Below are positions 39,722 through 48,185 of a DNA stretch of 64,000 nt, piece after piece (position 1 is the first letter of the stretch; the number at the start of each line of letters is the position of its first letter). Under the pieces are notes generated by a model. The model was not told where the DNA came from and made no database searches. It saw only the letters and a list, made by a program, of their open reading frames with translations. A program made the translations under genes and the position numbers. Source of the stretch: Nitrosopumilus sp. (GTDB taxonomy: Archaea > Thermoproteota > Nitrososphaeria > Nitrososphaerales > Nitrosopumilaceae); assembly GCA_963667665.2 (NCBI GenBank), contig OY763927.2:992001-1056000 (forward strand), read 5' to 3'.

Positions 39722-41026
39722 TTGAAAGACAGGGATATTTTGGATAACTCAAATATTCATTTGATTTACGTTCTTTTAGATGGAGTTGGGGATCTTCCAC
39801 ATCCAGATTTAGATGGAAAGACGCCTCTAGAGGCTGCAAATACACCAACTTTAGATAAAATTGCCAGTAATGGTGCAATAGGAGAAGTAATTTCTGTTGG
39901 AAAGGGAATAGCACCTGAATCAGACATTGCTGTTTTCAACATGTTAGGATACAAATTCAATCATACAGAATATGTTGGTCGTGGAGTGATTGAAGCCATA
40001 GGAATTGGAATTGACTTTAAAGATGGTGATTTAGCACTTAGAGGGAATTTTTCTACATTAAATGAAGAAGGAGTAATTACAGATAGAAGAGCTGGGAGAC
40101 GTATTGAAAAAGAAGATACATTGAGTATAGCAAAAGAAATTGAAGCAAAGATCAAATTTTCACATCCTGATACATCAGTTGTAGTTTCTCCAACAATTGG
40201 ACACAGAGTAACAGTTAGAGTCAGAGTGAATTCTCAAAAACTTTCTGCAAGAATTACCAATACAGACCCAGCATACAGCAATATTGGCGGTATGGGAGTA
40301 GCAAAAGCCGTTGGGGATTTTCTAAAAATTGAAAAATGTTTGCCATTAGAAGGAACTGAAGATTCTAAATTTACAGCAAATCTAGTTAATGAGTTTTCAG
40401 ATCAAGCAATTGAGATTATGAAAGAGAGTAAAATTAACAAAAAACGACAAGAACAAAACAAAAAGCAACTAAGTTGTATTTTGCTTAGAGATGCAGGAAA
40501 CAAATATCCAAATGTGATTCCAATTAATGAAAAATTTGCAATGAAATTTTCATGTATAGTTGACATGCCAGTAGAGCTTGGGATTTCAGAAGTTCTCAAG
40601 ATGAAAACATTTGAAGCTGGTGGACTAACAGATTATGAGGAAAAAGCAAGAGTAGCTGCTGATGCGATGAAGACTCAAAATGCAATATACGTTCATCTTA
40701 AGGGACCAGATGAGTTTGGTCACGACGGAGACGCAATTGGGAAGACAAAAAACATAGAAGAGATTGATCAGAGATTCTTCAAAACTCTTGTTGAAAACAT
40801 TGATTCAAGTAAAGTTGCAATTATAATTTCAGCTGATCATTCAACACCATGCATCAACAAAGGACATAGTGATGATCCAGTTCCAGTTTTAGTTTCAGGT
40901 GATTTTATTAAAAATGATGGCACAACAAGAATGACTGAAGAACAAGCTAAGAAAGGAAGTATTGGCTTGCTTCAAGGTGCAGAAGTGGTTCCAAAAGCTT
41001 TAGAATTAATTAAATCTCAAAAATAG
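39722..41026 (+). CDS. apgM: 2,3-bisphosphoglycerate-independent phosphoglycerate mutase
   Basis: LDGVGD, TPLEAA, PESD, KGPDEFGHDG and ADHSTP...HSDDPVP motifs. Confidence 0.93.
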   Translation: MKDRDILDNSNIHLIYVLLDGVGDLPHPDLDGKTPLEAANTPTLDKIASNGAIGEVISVGKGIAPESDIAVFNMLGYKFNHTEYVGRGVIEAIGIGIDFKDGDLALRGNFSTLNEEGVITDRRAGRRIEKEDTLSIAKEIEAKIKFSHPDTSVVVSPTIGHRVTVRVRVNSQKLSARITNTDPAYSNIGGMGVAKAVGDFLKIEKCLPLEGTEDSKFTANLVNEFSDQAIEIMKESKINKKRQEQNKKQLSCILLRDAGNKYPNVIPINEKFAMKFSCIVDMPVELGISEVLKMKTFEAGGLTDYEEKARVAADAMKTQNAIYVHLKGPDEFGHDGDAIGKTKNIEEIDQRFFKTLVENIDSSKVAIIISADHSTPCINKGHSDDPVPVLVSGDFIKNDGTTRMTEEQAKKGSIGLLQGAEVVPKALELIKSQK

Positions 41027-41579
41027 TCAAGATCTGTGATTGTTGCATTTCAATTGCTTTGCTTCTAATTCTATCTACATCTATTGAATGATAAACAGAA
41101 GGAGAAGTACCTAATTTTTCTAAAACTCTAGACAACATGCCAATTCCAATACTGAGCTCATCTTCTTGAGCATGAGCATATGCAACTGCAAATAAAATTA
41201 TTCCTTGAAGAACTTCTTTTTCTCGTCCAAAACACTGTTTCCAGACACCTTCTAACGCCTCATGGCATTCCCAAAATCTTTCATTGTTAAAGTAGAAAAT
41301 TCCATCTTTGATACCTTGTTCTCTATCTATCTCTTCTTCTACGACATGTCGAATATTATCTAGAGGTCCAATTGGAGATAATCGCTCAACAAGTGTGTCA
41401 AGGTCCTCTTTTTCAACCCCTACATCTAACTCGATAAATTTTCTGGCAATTCTGCAAACTCTTACCGACGCATTCAGATCAGATGCAAGATCTCTAGCCC
41501 TGTTAATTATCTCACGGGAATGTTCAGGACCATAGTCTTTATTTTTAAAATGTAGCATATAGCGTTCCATGGCATTCAT
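41010..41579 (-). CDS. DUF309 domain protein
   Basis: FNNERFWECHEALEGVW...LQGII motif. Confidence 0.85.
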   Translation of the reverse strand: MNAMERYMLHFKNKDYGPEHSREIINRARDLASDLNASVRVCRIARKFIELDVGVEKEDLDTLVERLSPIGPLDNIRHVVEEEIDREQGIKDGIFYFNNERFWECHEALEGVWKQCFGREKEVLQGIILFAVAYAHAQEDELSIGIGMLSRVLEKLGTSPSVYHSIDVDRIRSKAIEMQQSQILTIFEI

Positions 41580-41653
41580 TTACAAGAATTTCTTAAATTT
41601 CTTTTCTAATTACAATCAAGGTTTATATGAAATATCCAAAGGATTTTGGGTAC

Positions 41654-42133
41654 ATGTCCATTATTGAGACTATCACAGATGTAGATAACACATTCCTATC
41701 CAGAAGAGAGCTAACATGTAATTTTACAGGATTAGGAGGTAAACTCAAAAAAATGGAAGCAGTTGAAATGATTACTAAAGAATTCAAACTAGATGGTAAA
41801 GTCGTAATTCCAATGGGATTAAAAAATCATATTGGAAAACCATTGATTACAGGAACTTTCTATGTTTATGATGATGAAGGATTGGCAAAAAGACAGATCA
41901 ACCCAACAATTTTTTCAAGATTAGAAAGGACAAAAGCCAAACTAGCAGAAGCTGAAAAGGCAACAGAAGAAGCAGGTGCAGAAGAGAAACCAGCTAAGGA
42001 TGCAGAAGAGAAACCAGCTAAGGATGCAGAAGAGAAACCAGCTAAGGATGCAGAAGAGAAACCAGCTAAGGATGCAGAAGTTAAAGCAGAAGAGAAACCA
42101 GCTGAAGAACCAAAAAAGGAAAAGGCTGAGTAA
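41654..42133 (+). CDS. rps24e: Ribosomal protein S24e with repetitive acidic tail
   Basis: NTFLSRRE and G.F.VYDD motifs; immediately upstream of rps27ae. Confidence 0.85.
   Translation: MSIIETITDVDNTFLSRRELTCNFTGLGGKLKKMEAVEMITKEFKLDGKVVIPMGLKNHIGKPLITGTFYVYDDEGLAKRQINPTIFSRLERTKAKLAEAEKATEEAGAEEKPAKDAEEKPAKDAEEKPAKDAEEKPAKDAEVKAEEKPAEEPKKEKAE
41977..42103 (+). repeat. 24-bp coding tandem repeat, four perfect copies plus a partial one
   Basis: TGCAGAAGAGAAACCAGCTAAGGA at 41977, 42001, 42025 and 42049 (AEEKPAKD). Confidence 0.95.
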
Positions 42134-42303
42134 TGGCTGGCAAGAAAGGTTCTAGTCCAAATGTTTATTCATATTACAAAGTTGATGGAGACAAACTAAC
42201 AAAAACTAGAAAAGTTTGTGCAAGATGTGGAAAAGGTGTGTTTATGTCAGAACACAAAGATAGAAACACATGTGGAAAATGTGGACTAACAGAATTTAAA
42301 TAG
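42133..42303 (+). CDS. rps27ae: Ribosomal protein S27ae
   Basis: Read by hand: ...YYKVDGDKLTKTRKVCARCGKGVFMSEHKDRNTCGKCGLTEFK*; TAATG overlap with rps24e. Confidence 0.95.
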   Translation: MAGKKGSSPNVYSYYKVDGDKLTKTRKVCARCGKGVFMSEHKDRNTCGKCGLTEFK

Positions 42304-42349
42304 TAAAATTCTATTTATTAAAAATTATTGAAAGACAAAAATTTAGAAT

Positions 42350-43057
42350 TTAATACAAGCGTTTTTTACGAATTTTAGAACTTTTTTCTTGTAGTTGTTC
42401 GATTTTTGAAATAAATGCAGGTGCTAATTTTATTTTAGAAAGAGATTCTACAGATAATTTTACAGTATTAGTATCCAAAGAGATGTTGGTTTTAGGGAGA
42501 TTTCTATCAGCCCAAAATTTTATTGCCTTGTCTTCGAGTTTATAATCACGAAAACCAGCAGGGAATTTTTTTGTAATATGATTTAACAAAGTTTGATCTT
42601 TGAAGACTACTCTTGGTTCAAACAACCTTGTTTCATCACTGTAAACATTTTCAAATAAATTGCCAGAAATTTCATCTGAAAGTAACTCCATCTTTGAAAT
42701 TTTTCTAATTAATTCCAGAAAATGTAAAAATTCATGTGCTAGAATTGCATGAATTGTTCCTTTGAGCCCATAAGCAACCAAAGGTGCAGAAATTTGGATT
42801 ACAACCTGAAATTTTTCCTCAAACATCACGGGAATTGTTCTTGCGAACAAAATTCCATACTCATAAGAATTTGGATCTGGAGAGGATATTACAAGAGAAG
42901 GTTCCACATAGGCAATAGGGAATTTAATTCCTGAGGCTTTTTCAATTCTATTTATTCCTGCAACAGTAATTGGAAAACGTTCTACTGTAAGGTCATACAC
43001 ATCATCAGGAATGATTCCTTTTGTATGAGCATCTTTCAAACGGATTAATGGATCCAA
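42350..43057 (-). CDS. Hypothetical protein with HExxH (zincin-like) motif
   Basis: ILAHEFLHFLE. Confidence 0.75.
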   Translation of the reverse strand: MDPLIRLKDAHTKGIIPDDVYDLTVERFPITVAGINRIEKASGIKFPIAYVEPSLVISSPDPNSYEYGILFARTIPVMFEEKFQVVIQISAPLVAYGLKGTIHAILAHEFLHFLELIRKISKMELLSDEISGNLFENVYSDETRLFEPRVVFKDQTLLNHITKKFPAGFRDYKLEDKAIKFWADRNLPKTNISLDTNTVKLSVESLSKIKLAPAFISKIEQLQEKSSKIRKKRLY

Positions 43058-43099
43058 TGTTCCACATCGACAATTTTGAATGTAAAAACGTTGATTTGA

Positions 43100-43198
43100 T
43101 CAGGATCTAGATTTTCCAGCTTTTGTTTTCTTTTTTTTACGTCTATCAGCTGTTTGATCAGCACGTCTTTTGTGTTTACCTTTTTTTCTAATTGGCAT
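43100..43198 (-). CDS. 32-aa highly basic microprotein
   Basis: MPIRKKGKHKRRADQTADRRKKKKTKAGKSRS*. Confidence 0.55.
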   Translation of the reverse strand: MPIRKKGKHKRRADQTADRRKKKKTKAGKSRS

Positions 43199-43232
43199 GC
43201 TGTTTTGCAATTTTGGCACTAGTTAATTGTTA

Positions 43233-44378
43233 TCATTGTACTTCAATATCAAGAAAATCAAATTCTTGACACATACACGATATATTAAGAATTTGAGAAA
43301 TTCCAGGTGAGACATCATCACTATTTACAAATCTCTTGATTGGTAACCCTCCTTCAGCTTTGATAAATAAGGTAAATGTATTACTAGAATTTTTTTTATA
43401 TTTTACAGATAAGATTTTTTTCTCAGAACGTTTTCCAGATTTTTCATAAACTACTACAGGATATTTTTGAAGTTCTTTTAATTTTTTTAGATTTTTTGAA
43501 TCAATTTTATCTTCTGTAGAAACTTTCAACTCAATTGATGAATTGAATTTAAGAGGTTTTTTTGGAGATTCACGAACAATTTTGAGATTAATTATATTAA
43601 GAAATTTGGATTTTATTGAAGTTGATTTTAATTTTCTTTTAAGAGGATTTTGAATTTTAACAAAAAATGGTCTTCCAGTACCTAAAACGAGGCTAGATTT
43701 GTCTTCACCACCAATCCATGTAAATTTAGCAGTGGTTCCACCAAATTTTTCAAAGATGAATTTGGAGATTATTCCTTCAACACTATCAAATTCTGAAATA
43801 CCATGAAAATTGCAAGTTCTGCATCCTTTTCCAGAACAATTAGAACAAGACTTTTGCTTTTGTGAAATTCCTCTTTGAGTTTTGACATATCTTCCAGAAA
43901 AAGAAATTGATTTTGAACGTAATTGACAAGATTCATCTTTCAAGTTTATTGTAAAAGTCACATCTGAATCCAAAAAATCAATATTCTTTTTTGTTTTTCT
44001 AGAAAATGACTTTCTTAATTCTCTCGATACATCAGTCTTTATGCCATCAATTCCTTTTAGTTTGTATTTTGAGCGAATGAAATCATCTCTATCAATAATT
44101 GAAGGTTTAATCATTGCACCTACACTAAATGTAGCAAAAGAATAATTTGATGAAACATCTATCATCATTTTCAAAAAATGATTTAGATTGTCAAACAGAT
44201 TTCTACAGATATAGCATTTTTGAGTAGAGTTTAGATTTTTTTTAAGTTTTTTGCCAAGAAGTTTGTTTGATGAAAGATGTAATTGTTTTGAAAACAGTCT
44301 CCCCAAACAATTGTCACACAATGGATATTTTTTTAAGATTGGTTTTACAATAGGGATGATTTTTTGATAATTAGACAT
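43233..44378 (-). CDS. pus10: tRNA pseudouridine(54/55) synthase
   Basis: LCDNCLGRLF, GRYVK..RGISQ, GGEDK, GTGRPF and AEGGLPIKRFV motifs. Confidence 0.85.
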   Translation of the reverse strand: MSNYQKIIPIVKPILKKYPLCDNCLGRLFSKQLHLSSNKLLGKKLKKNLNSTQKCYICRNLFDNLNHFLKMMIDVSSNYSFATFSVGAMIKPSIIDRDDFIRSKYKLKGIDGIKTDVSRELRKSFSRKTKKNIDFLDSDVTFTINLKDESCQLRSKSISFSGRYVKTQRGISQKQKSCSNCSGKGCRTCNFHGISEFDSVEGIISKFIFEKFGGTTAKFTWIGGEDKSSLVLGTGRPFFVKIQNPLKRKLKSTSIKSKFLNIINLKIVRESPKKPLKFNSSIELKVSTEDKIDSKNLKKLKELQKYPVVVYEKSGKRSEKKILSVKYKKNSSNTFTLFIKAEGGLPIKRFVNSDDVSPGISQILNISCMCQEFDFLDIEVQ

Positions 44379-44404
44379 TTCAGAAGAGATTTTTGTGATT
44401 AAGA

Positions 44405-45733
44405 CTATCCTAATCCCATTTTTCTAAGTGTACCTTGCATTTGGCGTCCTTTGGATGCCTTCATCATGTTCTTGGAGTTTTTGTAATTTTTGATAAGTTC
44501 TTTAACTTCACCTTCTGGCCAGCCAGAACCACGAGCTATTCGTTTGATTCTTGATGAGTTAAGCAAGTCCAAGGGATTGGCTTTTTCAGCTTTGGTCATA
44601 CTTTGAATGATGTATCGCCATTTTTCTACTCTACCTTCCATCTGATCTAGTTGATCTTCTTTTACCATTCCTGACATGCCAGGCATACTCTCAAGAATTC
44701 CTTTCAGTGAGCCTACTTTGGTAACTTCTTCTAACTGAAATAAGAAATCCTCCATGTTCATTCTTCCACTAGAGATTCTTTTCATTCTTACATCATCACC
44801 TTCATCTTCTAACCGTTTTGCCAAATCTAGTACTGCTTGAATATCACCCATTCCAAGTAATCGTCCAACAAATCGTGTAGGAGAAAATTTTTCTAAATCA
44901 TCAATTCGTTCACCAGTACCAATGTACATTATTTGTGCACCAGTAGCTGCAGATGCTGCAAGTGCACCACCACCTTTTGCAGAGCTATCTAATTTTGTAA
45001 TTATTACACCACCCACTGGAATAGTTTTGTGAAATGCTTCTGCCTGAGCGTAACATTGTTGTCCTATAGTTCCATCAATTACAAGTAATGCTAAATCAGG
45101 TTCTGCAACTTTGTTAATTCTAGACATTTCTTCAAGCAAGTCTGTTTCTTCTTTATGTCGTCCTGCAGTATCAATTAGAACTACATCTAAGGGTTGTCCT
45201 GCAAAATGTTTTAATCCATTTTTTACAATGTTAGGAGAATCTTTGTTGTTTTCTTCACCATATACTTCAACACTTGATTTTTCACACATCGTTTTGAGTT
45301 GAACTAGTGCTCCAGGTCTATAGGTATCAGCACCTACTACTCCAACTTTGTATCCCTGTCTAGTAAGAAATTTGGCAAGTTTTGCGGTAACTGTAGTTTT
45401 ACCACTGCCTTGAATTCCAATTAAAATTATTTTATTTTGTATTCCAGGTTTAAACTCAAAATCAGATTCATTTCCTAGTAATTTTGAAAGTTCGTCATAA
45501 AGTATCTTTATAATATGATCTTTTCGTGAAAGGCCAGGAGGAGGAGTCTCATTTAGTGCCCGTTCTTCTAGTTGTTTTGTAATTTCAAGAACTAATCTGA
45601 CATTAACATCAGATTGCAGTAATGCCCTTTGAACATCTTTTGAGAGCTCTTTGATTAGTTCTTCATCTATGCCTGAAGACTTTACAATCTTCTTGATTGC
45701 AGCACCTAAACTCTCCTTTAGTCCATCAAGCAT
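44405..45733 (-). CDS. srp54: Signal recognition particle protein SRP54
   Basis: GIQGSGKTT, DTAGRH and TKLDSSAKGG motifs; M domain SRIKRIARGSG. Confidence 0.97.
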   Translation of the reverse strand: MLDGLKESLGAAIKKIVKSSGIDEELIKELSKDVQRALLQSDVNVRLVLEITKQLEERALNETPPPGLSRKDHIIKILYDELSKLLGNESDFEFKPGIQNKIILIGIQGSGKTTVTAKLAKFLTRQGYKVGVVGADTYRPGALVQLKTMCEKSSVEVYGEENNKDSPNIVKNGLKHFAGQPLDVVLIDTAGRHKEETDLLEEMSRINKVAEPDLALLVIDGTIGQQCYAQAEAFHKTIPVGGVIITKLDSSAKGGGALAASAATGAQIMYIGTGERIDDLEKFSPTRFVGRLLGMGDIQAVLDLAKRLEDEGDDVRMKRISSGRMNMEDFLFQLEEVTKVGSLKGILESMPGMSGMVKEDQLDQMEGRVEKWRYIIQSMTKAEKANPLDLLNSSRIKRIARGSGWPEGEVKELIKNYKNSKNMMKASKGRQMQGTLRKMGLG

Positions 45734-46415
45734 TGTAATTCAATCCAGCATCCATTATTTCAAACCTTCCTCTATACCCATCCCATATTTTTTTGGTTTT
45801 ATTGATTTTGATCGAATTTGAAAAGAGAGGGCAGTTTACCACAAATGTTTCAGCTTCGCCTCCTTCAAAATTTAAGTTGAACCCAAATTTCTCAGATAAT
45901 TGCTTCAAAGTATCAATATCAGATTTTGTTATTTCCTTTCCAAGCCATGTGTCATCCAAACCATCAGAGGTTACAGTAATTATTATAAAATCAAAATTGG
46001 AATCTAGTAAATCATTCATGTATTGTTCTGGTTCTGTATTCCATAATGGTGTTATTGCAACTAAATCTAATTTTGAGCAAAGTGATTCAAACTTTTCTTT
46101 TTGAAATTGGCTTTTGATTCCACCATGAACTAATCCTTCAATATGAAATTGCTCTTTAGCATTTTGTAATAATTTTTCTAGTGCAAATAATTCATCATTA
46201 GTTTCATCAGATTCAGAATTAATAGTTAATTGTGGAATGTTCATTGATTCTGATTGTAATTTTGTCCATTGCAAATTCGGATAATGCAGTAAATGACTTT
46301 CTTCAGATTTTGTAAAAATACTTAGAAGGCATATAACTTCATGTCCTTGTTTTTGTGCAAGATAGATTGCATATGTACTGTCTTTTCCACCTGAAAAAAG
46401 AGAAGCTAACTTCAT
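45726..46415 (-). CDS. dph6: Diphthine-ammonia ligase
   Basis: SGGKDS PP-loop, PLW and EGGEAET motifs. Confidence 0.88.
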   Translation of the reverse strand: MKLASLFSGGKDSTYAIYLAQKQGHEVICLLSIFTKSEESHLLHYPNLQWTKLQSESMNIPQLTINSESDETNDELFALEKLLQNAKEQFHIEGLVHGGIKSQFQKEKFESLCSKLDLVAITPLWNTEPEQYMNDLLDSNFDFIIITVTSDGLDDTWLGKEITKSDIDTLKQLSEKFGFNLNFEGGEAETFVVNCPLFSNSIKINKTKKIWDGYRGRFEIMDAGLNYNA

Positions 46416-46463
46416 TATCTAAAAAATATTTAATTCAACAAACATTTGAGATTTGTTGAAAAA

Positions 46464-46528
46464 GGATGCTTCATTACTCATAATCCTCATCAAAATTCAG
46501 ACGGCTTTTCCGCTCATCATCAGCACCC
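46464..46528 (-). ncRNA. Box C/D guide sRNA (predicted target tRNA-Met C34)
   Basis: Minus strand reads GGGTGCT-G-ATGATGA(C)-GCGGAAAAGCCGT-CTGA(D')-ATT-TTGATGA(C')-GGATTATGAGTA-ATGA(D variant)-AGCATCC, with a 7-bp terminal stem and a following T run. Confidence 0.85.
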
Positions 46529-46531
46529 ACA

Positions 46532-46942
46532 CTAGCTCTTAATGCGCATGATTTTAGTTTTATCCATAACAACCCAGTATTCTACATTTTGTCCGTTTTC
46601 TAATTTTCCTTTAACTTCATCATCAATCATAGATACATCAATTGTCTCAAAGGTTTCAGAATCCATTACCTGTATTGTATCGCCAATAATTGAGATGATT
46701 TGTCCCACTTTTTTGTTAATTAATGGAATGTGAATTTGCATGCTGACTGGTCCTACATGAGGTCTTTTTTGACCATCAAAAATTCCCTGACCAACAATTC
46801 TTGCTTTTGCTGAACCGTGTTTTCCTGGTTTTGATGTATCGTATTCAACAATTCTGCATGGCTCTCCACTGGGTTGATCAGAATGAGGTAATAGAATGTA
46901 TGAACCAATTTTCAAAGAACCAAGATCAGATGGCTTGCTCAT
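46532..46942 (-). CDS. eif5a: Translation factor aIF5A
   Basis: SKPGKHGSAK hypusine motif. Confidence 0.97.
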   Translation of the reverse strand: MSKPSDLGSLKIGSYILLPHSDQPSGEPCRIVEYDTSKPGKHGSAKARIVGQGIFDGQKRPHVGPVSMQIHIPLINKKVGQIISIIGDTIQVMDSETFETIDVSMIDDEVKGKLENGQNVEYWVVMDKTKIMRIKS

Positions 46943-46976
46943 GCAAAAACAGTTTTTACTCGAATATTTAACTTTT

Positions 46977-47588
46977 CTACTTTAGTTGATCAAGAAGTGA
47001 GAGACTCAATAAATTAGTCATCGTCAATCCTTTTCTGTTTACATCACGACGTGTTTGTTCACAGTATTTCTGTAAACTTTGATGACTCTTTTCACTTGCA
47101 ACTTCAATGACTACAATATTTTCAGAGTATGGAAAAGTGAATTTTGAAGTATTCAGACAAAAGGTATTCATGTTTCCTAGTCCTGCTTTTTCAATTTTCT
47201 CTCTTTTTATTAAGAGATTTGCGATTTCTTGCAGGTCTTCAGCATCTTCGCCATATTCTAGATAATATACTGAAACAAAATTAGTTTCCCCTTGAACTTC
47301 TCTTTGGAAAAGATCATCTTGGATATTAAACACAAAGGAGGTTTTTTCTTGGTTATGTTTAGTAAGATCATTAGATATTTTTTCACTATCTTTGAATTTG
47401 GCTAAAAGATAATGATTAGTAGAATCAGAAAAGTATGGTTTGCTTTCACGAGAAAATGTACCTGTAACAAAAAATAAATTTTCAATATTTTTTGAATGAA
47501 TCCAAGATTCTTTTAGTTCAATAGATTCATGCGTATGCAAATACGGAGCGCAAACATATCCAGAATAAGATAAGGATAGCTTTGACAT
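46977..47588 (-). CDS. Hypothetical protein
   Basis: 203-aa ORF between eIF5A and tRNA-Tyr. Confidence 0.75.
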   Translation of the reverse strand: MSKLSLSYSGYVCAPYLHTHESIELKESWIHSKNIENLFFVTGTFSRESKPYFSDSTNHYLLAKFKDSEKISNDLTKHNQEKTSFVFNIQDDLFQREVQGETNFVSVYYLEYGEDAEDLQEIANLLIKREKIEKAGLGNMNTFCLNTSKFTFPYSENIVVIEVASEKSHQSLQKYCEQTRRDVNRKGLTMTNLLSLSLLDQLK

Positions 47589-47696
47589 TGTCTAAAAAAT
47601 CGATTCAGGGTATTTATGCGTATAGTACGTTATACGATCAAAGGTGTAAAGTGTCTACGATAGTTTTTTAATAGTAGAGATCTTCGTTCTCCTTGT

Positions 47697-47823
47697 CCCG
47701 TGGTAGCTCAGCCTGGTAGAGCTTCCGGCTGTAGTTGTTGGCTTTAGATGGCTGACCGAATAACAGCATATCAGGCATACAGAAACCGGGTTGTCGGTGG
47801 TTCAACTCCGCCCCACGGGACCA
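47697..47823 (+). tRNA. tRNA-Tyr(GTA) with a 50-nt intron at 37/38 (47735..47784) and encoded CCA
   Basis: Acceptor CCCGTGG/CCACGGG-A-CCA with the archaeal Tyr C1:G72 pair; anticodon CT-GTA-G; BHB-like central helix CTGT/ACAG. Confidence 0.93.
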
Positions 47824-47886
47824 CAATTTTTTCTATGAATAAAAAAATGATTTTAAAATTATCTATTGTCCTCTTTTCATTCCTAC

Positions 47887-47921
47887 TAATACCCTAAAAG
47901 CGGGTATTAACAGGGGTATTA
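47887..47921. repeat. TAATACCC/GGGTATTA inverted repeat plus a third copy
   Basis: TAATACCC(47887)-N7-GGGTATTA(47902)-N4-GGGTATTA(47914). Confidence 0.8.
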
Positions 47922-48185
47922 AGAAATTTTTTTACAATATAGAAATAAAATTCCTTGCTTAGTCACTTTGAAAAAGCTATGAAGACTCTTTGAATAAAGA
48001 CTTGATTAAAGGAGAAAAAGCTATGAAACCTCTACCAAAGGCACGTTGAATGTCTTTGAAGCAAAATTCTAGCTTTTTTAGGCACGTGGAAAATGTCGTG
48101 ATAGGTAATGCTGGTGCCTGTGATTGTTCTACAAAGTAGAGTATCTGAGATTCAACGAGATTTAGAGTATAATATTTCACATATT

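Noticed and set aside
3277-42103. Tandem repeats at 3277, 19902 and 41977 as CRISPR arrays
   Set aside because: There are no unique spacers; unit lengths are multiples of 3 and lie in-frame within ORFs.
47735-47784. tRNA-Tyr intron as a box C/D guide
   Set aside because: It contains CTGA but no convincing RTGATGA C box or second box pair.
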